Both the position numbers and the translations under genes were made by a program. 64,000 nucleotides of DNA from Callorhinchus milii (lineage: Eukaryota): positions 30,690,001 to 30,754,000 of the forward strand of contig NW_024704747.1 of assembly GCF_018977255.1 (NCBI RefSeq). The letters are read 5' to 3'. The notes beneath the pieces were generated by a model that was not told the DNA's origin, ran no database searches, and saw only the letters and a list, made by a program, of their open reading frames with translations. Shown piece after piece: positions 36,401 to 48,400 of this stretch; within the stretch, counting starts at the first letter, position 1, and each line of letters starts with the position of its first letter.

Positions 36401-39400
36401 TGGTTTGAATCCCAGTCTGAGCTGGATTTGCTGGTCTGTCAGGGTGATGTGGGGAGGGTAAAGTGTCTGCATCCGTCACAAAATAAGGGAGGAAGAAACC
36501 AGCCTGGTTTGGTGCTCGTGGACTTTCTATAGCACCCTCTGGTGATAGGGATTGATGAGTCTCAGGCAGGTGAGCAGTGGGCAGGTGTAGCTGTGATGGC
36601 TGAATGGTTTGCTAACGTTCATTATGAAGTCTCAAACATAATAATAATCTTTGCATTTGATATAAAGCCTTATATTGAAATGTCTCAAAGCGCAGGATTT
36701 ACTATAGGGTGTAGTGACTGTATGTTTCTAGGCAAATACAGCAGCCAATTAGCTCAGAGGATCAATCATGCAAGTGAATGGCTTCTGAAGGATTGTTGGC
36801 CAAGACATGGGGAGAAGCTCCTTCCTTTTTGCAAATAATGCTTTGGGATATTTAACATTTACCTGAACAGTGAGACCAGACGGACTTCGGACAGTTTAAC
36901 GTCTCACCCCAAAGGACGGCACCTCTGACCATTCAGCACATGCCCTGCACTGCATTATAGTCTAATTATAAGGCAAAGTTACAGGAGTGCAATGATCTGT
37001 GATCTTTATATTCTTTGTGGGTGAAGGTTTTCCACCGAGAGAAAGTGTCAATGAAGAGAACGTGGGAACAAGCAGAACAATTCTGTCAACAGTTGGGAGC
37101 CCATCTTGCAAGTTTCACCCATTACAATGAGGAGGTTTTTCTGAATGAACTTTTGGGTTGGATGTTTACCGGGTAAGATATTAAATGTCTAATTTTTGAA
37201 AAGTGCAGATAACAAAATAGTGTTATTATTCTGTTATAGCTCTGTCTTGTTAGAACCTAGCTTATTTGATCAATAAAATAATATGGATAAAGATACAGAT
37301 ATATATTTATTCAAGATAAAAAGATTTAGTGCTGACAATACTTCTTTCCTCCCATTTGAATTTTGATTGTAAAACACTGTAATCAGTGAGTGATATATAT
37401 ATTTAAATTGATTTGCAAATAAGAATATTTATAAATAAAACAAAAAGGCTTATATAACAATACTGAAACTACTTTGTAGTGAGAATTTTAAAATATAAAA
37501 CTTATTTTTGTTTGTAAAATGCTCCTTTCAAATTATATATTTTCTATTATTTGGAAAGCTAATATGTATTCCTCATTTAGTTATCATCCACATACCAAGT
37601 GCAGGATTGGCCATGAGGCGAACACTAACAAGGGTCAGCTTTGGGAGTAGGATTGTCCCATGATCTTTCCGATCACACCTTACACTCAGTCCCAGGCAAA
37701 CTCTCCAGTAATTTCCTTCATAGTTTACGGGGATTTCACTCTCGCTGTCTGTATGAAAAGGCAAATTTTGAGACCATGAATTTCTCCTGAATGTTGGCAC
37801 AACATTTTACTGCATTAATTAATACAATGTTGCTGCTCTACAAGGGAGCAGCTTATCACAAATTTTAAGTTCTGGTTTAAACCATTCTGTTCTGCATTGA
37901 GATCAGAACCTTGTCCATATTTACATAACGGAAACCTCATCCTGAGAGCAGAATGGTGATCGTTACCTCACACGCTACACAAACTGCAGCAGAGTCTCAG
38001 AGAGTTGTGGATCTTGCTGTAGTTGGACAGGTTCAAGAACCAAAGTAAACCCTTCATTTAAAAAAAACATCTTTGGTATGTGGAAAATAACTTGCACTCA
38101 AACACTGAGGAATCATTCCCCAGACAGAGGTAGGTAATTGATTTAACTTTTTGTGTGAGCCACATAACTGCATGTTGAAAATTAATACCTGCATCACTTA
38201 AATCTTCAATCTCCAGGTGGCATTTGACTGAAATATAAAGTGATGCTGCCTCCCTTACACACAAACTTTATGCATGATTAGGTGAGCGTGAAATGTGTTT
38301 TTGTTTTATGCCAAGATCATGGTATGAGTCTAGTCTGACACCATACTGGGAAAGGCATCATGTTCATGGTCATTAGGTTGTTCTTATTCTGTTACTCTAT
38401 TGTTCATTCATTCATTTATTTTATCTTTTATTAACTTTGGCTGCTGCTGCTGACCACACTTCCTTCCTTCCTTCACTCAGAAAGGCTTGTTGGTCTATGT
38501 TAAAATGTTTCACAACTCCCTCAATCTTACTCCAGTAAAAATGATTAAAAACTGTAATTGTAGCTTATGAGTACTTCAATAACAGAAAAACAACAGAGAA
38601 AAATGTATGAATCACAAAGCGCTTCACAGGATATATTGTAAAGTAGATTGACTGTGTATTTTGTGGGTAAAACGCGGCAGCCAATTGTGCACGTAATTCT
38701 ATATAATAAGCAAGTTTTTTGTGTGGTTCAAATTGAAAAGAATTATAGAATTGACCATGTGTTTTAAGCAGCCAATCTGGTCTGGTATTTTCAGACCGAG
38801 CTGCAATCATTCTCTCACTCAAACTCATTCATGAGCTATTTTCAAAATGATTCCTTTGCTTCGATGTTTAACTTTCTACCTTTTAATTTTCTGTTCCAAT
38901 TTTCCTCTCTTGTATTTATTGTGAGTTGGTATTAGCACATATGTTTTTACTCTCCAGTTGCATTTCTATCACATGATTGAATACATGAAAGTACAAGTGG
39001 CCCCAACAAATTGTACATCTTAGAGCCATGTATTTTCCTGAATGTTATGAGTTCAAAGAGCATTAAGTGGGGCGTTCCAACTAAGTCAAAGAAAAATTAT
39101 AGTTATAACCAGGTCAAACTTTGATGCAATTTCAGACCCCAAACCAGATAAAAAGCTGCTGAACAAATATACCCAGCTGTGCTCTCTAGAATCTAGAGTA
39201 AAAAAAAATGATAATAATTGGGTTACTCAATCCACGGCTGTTTATGGGACGATGCTGTGAGCAATTGCCTGCTGAGTTTCACCCCCAAAATATACAGTCA
39301 ATTCATTTTACAGCATATTCTGTGATGCAATATATTCGAGTGCTTTAAGATGTCTCAAAGACCTGATAAGGCGCTATATCAAATGCGAGGATTATTATTA

Positions 39401-42400
39401 TTAACTGACACTTAACTAAACTCATCTACAGCATTTAATAAGTTAATAGTGTGTGACTTTCCTGCTGCCCCCCAAAAAAAATTCACTTGCAAAATCATAT
39501 CACTGCCCAAATAATTAATATTTATTCAAGAAAAAGTGAAATGAAGATTATGTTTTGTATATATTGTTAATTCCAGGGCAGAGGAAAGGTGGTTCTGGAT
39601 TGGGTTTAGTAAAAGGAACCCAGTTTCTGCCGGTTCCTGGGAGTGGAGTGATGGCAGTCCGGTAAGTAGATACATCTCTTCTTTACTTTATTATACTTTC
39701 CTGAAATTACTTTGTTCACTTTTCTTATATTAATATTCGATGACATGCATTCTGTAACTTTATATAATAATAATCCTTGTATTTGATTCAATGCCTTGTC
39801 ATGTCTTTGAGACGTCTCAAAGCGCTTCAAAGAATATACTGTAAAGTGTAGTGACTGTACATTTTTGTACGTGAAACATGGCATTGTTCACATCAGTGTC
39901 CCACAAACAGTCGTGGATTGAGTGACCAAATTATTTCTTTCTCCATTATTTTGAAGGGATTATTACATATATTACATAGACACTCAGTATTAGCTTGAAG
40001 ATTAAATCAAATGAAGGTGTAAATTAATTTCTTGTAGAATTGGCTTTCATCCTACACTGACTTTATTTCTGCTCGACTCCCTTCCTATCTTCCCTCTGTC
40101 CCTGACCTTCTTCAGATCTGCTCTGTCTTTATGAGCATTCCTGCTGCCTTTGATCAGACTCCAGAGCTGCTATTCCTGGGCAAACATTAGTATTTTTAAA
40201 TCATGTCAAACGTGATTGTTTGCTTTCTCCTGGGCCCTACTCTCCTTTTTAGACATGAACAGTGGGAAAAACACAGTTTTAAATGGCTAAAAACTGGCAA
40301 TCGACTGGATTTGAGGCATCTCAATGATGTGATAAGGCGCTAATACAAATACAAGGAATATTAATATATTATTATATTACTTGTGTTTGATATTTTACAG
40401 GTGGTTTCTATGTTCTCACTTGACCAAGCTAAAGATGATGATGTCAGAATCTGTGCCGCACTCAAATTCGATAAAACTATTGTGCCTTTCCAATGTGGCG
40501 AAAACTTTGAATGGGTTTGTAAAATACCCAAAGGTAAAACATTGGTTTTTTTAAAACATCCCAAAAGAATTGTAATTACTACAGTATCTGGTCTAATGTG
40601 ATATAATAATATAATATAATATGTGTGATCCATATTTAAGTAACCAAATATGATTCTTCTTCAGGAGCCGAGCTGCAGAAACCAGACTGGTATGTCGATG
40701 GTAAGCAGGAATAGTATTGACAACAATGAGTACAAAGGTGGTTTAACATGCATTTCACATAGAACAGAGGTGGGGCACACATTCCCTAATCATCTGTTGT
40801 ATTCTGAGTACCTCAATAGCCTCATTATAGAGTCACTTCGTATTAATTAATCACAGGAAAATATTTAAATAATTTTACTTAATACAGGAATATCTTGGAA
40901 ATTTAAAAGAATTTCATCAATTGGTAAAGGAAAGCTGCAATAATGTTTTCAAGTAAGAGTTGCGTTTATTGTCAAAACAAAGTGCTGCAGTATTAATATG
41001 TTGTTTGCTACTGGCACGGCACAGAGAGACACACCAGGAACACATGTCACGTCTGACTTACTGAATTGTATTCCTGGCCATTGTGAATTGTTTCCTCTGT
41101 AGAAGAGAAGTTTGCGATCCCCCCATGGGTTTACTTTCAAGGAGCGGAATACTTGTTTTTCGACTTGGAGGTGAAGTGGCTCGCAGGCGCTGTGGCTTGC
41201 ACTATGATGAGCAGTGAGTTGGTGTCAATCACAGCTCCCAAGGAGATGGATTTCATTAAAAACAGACTGGAGATGGTAAAGTGCTCTCCTGATTTACTTC
41301 ACATTCAGAAAGTTATTTTAAACCCGTGGTTTAAATTCCACTAAACACTCGTAGTGAACCCACAGAAATACCTGAAAAATTAAGCTCATTGTCTCGTATG
41401 ATTCTGAATCGATCAATCATCAATTTATTGATGTTTTGTTAATGGTTTTTGTCTGCGGTTTCTGTGCTTCTCAGCATCAGGGTGAGAAGGTGACCGGAGA
41501 CTCGGTCAAAGAGGAGAGTCTTGAGCCGAGCCTTAAAGGAGGCGAGGGGGGCTGGGGGGCGGGCAGGTGAAGGGCCTACGGGAGAGATTTCCGGTGGGGG
41601 GGAGAAGGACTGACTGCCGATGGTGGGGTGGGCAAGGCGGAGCAGGCTGGAGCCCACCGAGTGGAGGGAGTGGACAGATTGGTAAGGATTTAGCAGGTGT
41701 CAGAGGTGGGTTAGGCCATGGGGGCATACAGAAAAAATATTCACACACAGAAAAAATATTCACATACAGAAAAAATATTCACACACAGAAAAAATACAGA
41801 TCTGAAAATGTTTTTTCCTAAAATCTTTGATTTTGATCTGCAGCTTTTAACAACCGGACATGAAAAGTGGTGGATTGGTCTGTACGTGGAGAACCCCAAA
41901 GATGGATTCCGGTAAGACATGACCAGTTTAATCTCTGGTATCAGCGCCACTTTAACAAAGAGGTATTTATCTTTTTTTTGTGTAGTTGGATAGATGGCTC
42001 AGCATTTCATTACAACAACTGGGATAACAAGTACCCAAGTAACCTGCATAAACAGAGTGGCCGATGTGTGTATGCATCAACAACAGGTAATCACTCTCTT
42101 ATACAAGTAGTGAGAGTTATATTGTTTTAATCTTTTGCGGTAATTAAGTTAATAATCGATGCCAACTTGGCAAGTTGGTAGCTTGTATTTTATAATGTAC
42201 ATGTCAATGTGTTCTTCATGCTTTTTGATTGTGAAATTAGAATCCAGACAAAATGCTTCTATATACTTACTGGATGTTTAATAATTCTCCATTAATTGTT
42301 TGCGTATTTGTTTTTCCGGCCGGAGGTTGGGCTGATAGCAAGTGCTTGCTGTCTCTCCCCTTCATTTGTAAACGTAACAACATATCCCTGGTGGAGGTTC

Positions 42401-45400
42401 ACATGTTTGACGATGATCATTCAGACCTGTTGTGCCCAGAAGGCTGGCTGTACTTTGAGAACAAGGTGATTTCAAAACAAAGGAAATGTATTCTTTACTT
42501 CGCATGTTTGGTTGTTAAAATCCTATTTGTTTTCTTAAAGTAACTACTGATTCTCTAGATTAGAACAGAGTATCACTTGGTCAAAATATTTGTAGAGTTG
42601 CCATTTTGCACATGTTAAATTAGACTTTAAACTTGCAAAAAAGTATAGCTATGTACAGTGTTACTGTATCTTGGATTATTCAGAATGATGATTATAGGAT
42701 TTCTGTCAGTGATCCAAAGAAAAATTGGTATATTGAAACTCATTAAGCCAACAATTCAAAACACTTAATAAATATGTTAATAATGGTACTATTTTACTTT
42801 TGTGCTAATACTAACATATGCAATTAAATTACTGGCATTTGTCTTTGCTAGATTTGATTTAGGTTTGCACACAAATAGACAATGTATTTGCAGAATGTTT
42901 ATCACTTGTTTTAAAAGGAATCTTTCCTGACGGCTGACATTTCTCTCCCAGTGTTTCCTGATGTACAATCCCAAGGACAAGAGTCAATTAAAGAACTGGT
43001 ATTCTTCCCAGATGTTTTGCAAGGTACGAGGAGGAACACTTGCCTCAATAGAAAATGAAATAGAACAAGGTATTTTGAAATATCCATTGAGACTTTAATA
43101 GATGAACAGGGATATTTATTCCTCAATTATACTAGTGTCAATCAATAGATCATTTCCACATGACTATTGATGTATTGATGTAACTTTGAGCTTCGTTCTC
43201 GGAGATGGAGATGGATTCAGCAAAAATCAATGTGCAGTGTTACTACAACTCACATGATATGGTGCAGAACAACTTCCCTCCCTCAATAATTGCCCCCGCT
43301 ACCCACCCCTGCAATTTCACAAACATGGCTTTTCCATTCAATATAAATTCCATGGACAATGATAAGGGTAAAGTAACTGTTCTGCCCAATAACTCAGTGG
43401 AAGAAAAGAAACACATCTTATAGATAACACTATACTGCTGACAGACATGGGTGTCAATAGAGGATATGATCCCCCCCCGCCCAGTTCCTATATAGTTTTT
43501 CTTTATTTTGTTCTGTTTAGATGGATGACTAGTTACATTAGTTACTGTTGTGCGGATCCTGGTTATGGCCAGTGAACTTTGTTCAATAATCAGCATGTTC
43601 TGCTCCCACGACTGCTTAATTATTGGGCTATTTCTCAGATTCTTCCAACCTTGAAGTTTAGACCTTATTCTATATTCATCATGTTACTTATTTAGGAGAC
43701 GCTTAGAAAGGAATTTAAAAAAAGTATAAATTGTTTGTTAATGAGAAAATGGAGTGGAAGCTTCAATCCCAGTTGCTCCTATTTTTCTTTCTATAAAACT
43801 CAACAGCGTTTTTAACAATCCAGCTGCTGGAGGGATCAGCCGGTGTGTGGCTCGGGCTACACAGTGACAACTGGGACAATTGGGTGGATGGCAAACCTGT
43901 CAAGTACACAAACTGGCTCGCAAACGAGCCAATACAAGTTCCTGCAGCTGTCGATTCTGATCACAATCATCCCGTAAGTCTCTTTTTTTCATTCTGCTGT
44001 ATAAAAATGTCATTTGCAAAACTTTAGCAAAATCTTTTGATACGTGCAACATAATAAATAATAATAATAATAATAATCACTGTTGCATGGGCAGTATTAC
44101 ACTTACAATCTGGTGCCTACGGTTATTTATTTGTCAGGAAGATTTCATGATTTGTTTGTAGCTTACAGGACTTTATTAGACTTCGGGGAAGATAAATAAA
44201 TCTGCAAAATTAGGTAAACGGAGTCTTCCCACAATCTTCCTTGTATCATTTACTTAATGAACCAACTAGAAAAGCAATTAAAAAGTAAAAATGATTCAAG
44301 TTAAATGTAACTTATGGAAAGGTTAAAAACTGAATTGATGCATTGATTATTGAGCAGTTCTGACAATGTCAGGATAATGAAACCTCTTAAAATGAATAGT
44401 GAGACAAGACAAGATCAAAGAAAGTTTTGAGTTAGGGATTGTATCCTCACCAAAATCTAAATGAAATTCTAAGATGGCGACAGTTTTGATTATGAAATGC
44501 AATGTTTACATTGGCTGCTTCACTGGTATTTGTAAATGAGCTGTTTTCATCTCCAGTTCATAGGAACTGTGATTGACGGGCAATATCTTTGAGTAAGCTG
44601 CTTACATGTTCCTAAGCTAAACAGAAAATAAATATGAGAGTGGAATCAAAGGGTGACTGTAGGGATATTCAGTGGGTTAGAAACAATAATATAATAATAA
44701 CAATACACTGCTCTGTTAGCTGTGAGAGTTTATTGGGAAATGAATTTGGGCAGTTTCAACCTCATTTCTTGGTGGAATAGATTATGGCCAAAGGATACAT
44801 CTGCTCACAAATCTGTGTTAAATTTAAAACCTTGTTCAGAGGTCAAACACAATGGTTGGTGTAGGAAATTAAAGACAAACTCACACTGTTTGTGATTGCA
44901 TTAATCTAAGACTCCCCTGTCTGTCTGGCTCCCTAATGAGACTTTGAGGGGTAGCCTTTTTCTCAACCCTGTGATTCACAGTTCTGATGTTAAAATACAA
45001 AAAAGACTATATATTTCTGTAAAGCCTATATGAAGCCTGAATGCAACACTTATTTACGGCGTTGGACATGTAATTGGCTTTGTTTTAAATTCAGATACTG
45101 TGAAATTTATCAGATTGGCAACCCACATGGTTAGCATTATTGTTTTACATCACAAATCAGAGTTTGCCCTTACTATTGTACAATAAAATACAGCAAAACA
45201 ATGTTGATAATAATAATAATCCTGGCATTTGATATAGCACTTTTTACGTCTTCTAGACGTCTCAAAGTGCTTCACAGAATAGACTGTAAAGTGAATTGAC
45301 TATGTTTTTGTGGGCGAAATATGTTTAACTTTAGGCTGCAATACAACAACAACAACAACTTGCATTTATACAGTGCCCCTCAATGCAGGATGTTCCAGAG

Positions 45401-48400
45401 CACTTGACAGTGGTGGAGCACGACACCAAGCTGGGGGGAGGGGGAGGTGACTGTAGGCACGATCGAAGAGGAAGGTTTTTAGGCGTGACCTGAAGATCGG
45501 GAAGGTGGGGGCATGGTGGAGGGACAGAAGAAGAGTGTCCCAGAGTTTCAGGATGTAGTGGTCGAAAGCACGGCCACCAATGGTGGAACAAAGGGCACGA
45601 GGAACAAGAAGAGGCCAGAGCCAGTAGAGCGAGGGTAGTGGGTTGGGGAGTAAACAGGTCAGAGAGGTTGGAATTTAATACTTGCTCAACTGTCAATGTT
45701 TTCAGCAATTATAAATTGCACAGGTTTTAAAATACTCATTTTACCTTTGACTTATTGAGCATGTAAATATTGATCCCGCACATTGTGTGGTTATCTTATC
45801 GCTCGTATTCTTGTTAATTCAGTTTTTGTGCTTTGGTTGATTCAGGACTTTAAGTAATTTGATTGTTTCTTGTGCCATTTAATGTACTTATTATTAGAAA
45901 TCATGAAATCTTCTCATGGATGTGGGGAACAGTAGAATCTGATTTATATCCTTTGTCAATGTTTAGGAAAGCAGACAAGATGTAAGACTTTAGCCCTAAG
46001 CTGTCATTAGCAGAAATATAAACCATATAAGCAATTAGTTTGTTCAAATTAGAGTAGCAGATGCTTGGTAATATTTCCAAAATTATTGTTGCAGAAACGT
46101 TCGTCTAGTTCATTAAATGCAAATTGTTCATAAAAGGAAACATTTCTTCTGTTTTCCTATTCAAGATTTCAATTCAAGAGAATATTGTTGTTAAACAAAC
46201 ATCTTTGACAAATATATGTGCTACAGGACCTTATCCTCAAGTATCCATGCATTAACAGAACTGCTTCCACATGTAATAATAAAAAATAATAATTGGGTCA
46301 TTCTCTGGACTGCCCACAGATAGCCTGTGTTTCGATCACAGGTGAAGCTTGTAGGACCCATCCCCTCGTCACTGGGTGATTGATCTCCTGGCTGAGGCCA
46401 GCAGTTATTAAGGGCCCAATTGCAACAATGAGCGAGTAGTAAATTTAGGAAGAGGCTCCCGAGCGAAGACAGACAGTGGAAAGTGTGGATTCACTCAAAG
46501 GCAAATGAGATAGATTTCTGTTCGGAAATAATATCTGGGGATACAGTATATAGTTTGGGACAGGACGTGTGCAAGTGATGGCCAGGATGGTGGAGAGTGA
46601 ACTGGATGGACCTTGTCTTCTTCCCTCTAGCAATTCTTATGCTCTGTTTGTAGCTAGTCATTTGTTTTTTAAACAAAGTGTGGGTAATCATATTTTATAT
46701 TAATACCACAATGCCTGGTTAATACCAGATTCCTGAATTTATTTCACGACATGTGTAAAATGTATGTGTTAAAATATACCTAACAATAATAGATAACACC
46801 TTTTTTGTCTTGGCAGGCTCCAGAACATTCTAACAGTCCAAACTTACGAGAGGAATCAAAAAAGTGTGTGTTATTGTCCAATAGTCATGCTTTTCATTCC
46901 ACTGGAAGATGGTACACAAGAAATTGCAATGCAAAGAGTTATGGTTTTGTGTGTCAAAAATACGCAGGTGAATGAAGTCCTAAAGAGACATTGTCTTAAT
47001 ATGTTTTGAGTGTGATTTGAGTTAATTGTGAGCTGCAATTGTTAACAGTTTTATCCTGTCTTGATAGATAAATCCATGCATCCTGTCAACGCATCATGTA
47101 TGTATCCAATACCTGAAACGTTTGCATACGGAAACCACACCTACAGATTGATCCGGAAGAATCTTAGCTGGTACGAAGCATTGAATGAATGCAGACTGAA
47201 ACAGGCTGACCTTGTCAGCATTACTGACCAATATCACCAAGCATTTCTCACAGTCATTGTGAACAGGTTGGCACAGCGTCATTGGATAGGACTCTCTAGC
47301 CCAGATGTAGGTCACGTAAACCTATATTCCTTCTAATAGATTTTTAAAAACATTTAGTTTGGAGAAAAACAAAGAAATAACTGTAGTAAGTTATCCTAAT
47401 AATGTGTGAATATCATCCCTATGTGTCATGTGGTTTGCTTACAGGGTGGAGAGAGCTTTATTTGGTCGGACACCAGTCCCGCTTTGTTCAGCCATTGGGC
47501 AGAGGGAAGCCTTCGCTCCTCTCATGATTGTGTGTATATGGATATTAATGGTTTCTGGAAAACTGCTGACTGTCAAAGCCAACTCCAGGGAGCGCTGTGC
47601 CAGATTTCACAAAGTAAGAATTCCTGAATTGTATTAAACAATGATCTGAATTAGTTTACATTTTTCATAAGACAGAAAAGGGGAATGAAAGTTAAGGATA
47701 CAGTTTATAGTTTGGGATATGACATATCAAGTGATTGCCAGGATGGTGGAAGTCAAACTGGATGTACTTTCGTTTAGCAAATTTTAATGTCCTTATGTTC
47801 TCAATATGGGTCTTGAATTGTTAGAGATGGAAATCATTTCTCAAACTAATATGATGAAGTTCAGCTTGACATGCCTCTCTTAAAACTCCAGTTGGCAAAA
47901 CTAAATGTTTATCATAATTTCCTGAGTTTCATCAAAATCAATTGTTGTCCACATTTCAAGGTGAAGAAAGTCAGTAAAATTAAATAATGTAATCCTTGCA
48001 CTTGATATAGCTCCTTATCGTGTCTTGTAGATGTCTCAAAGCATTTCACAGGATATACTGTATATTTGTGGGCAAAACGCAGCAGCCAATTGTGCACAGT
48101 CGTGGATTGAAGTGACAAATTTATTTATTTTTTCAGGAGGGATTATTATCAGGTATGTAGAGTAAGGAAATTTGCCCAAGGTTTCGTCCTGCAAGGAATT
48201 AAATCCAGGGCTCTCGCTTGCGAGGCGAGTACTCTAACCACTGAGATACAGGACTCCAGTAAAATTACAGACGTTGCAATAAATATTTCTAGATCAGGAT
48301 TAGAGATTCCTGAATATTTCTAATCTTTCTTTTTTTTACAGCTCGATTATCCAGTCCTCCCACTGTCCAGACAAAGATTTGTCCACATGCAGATACAAGT

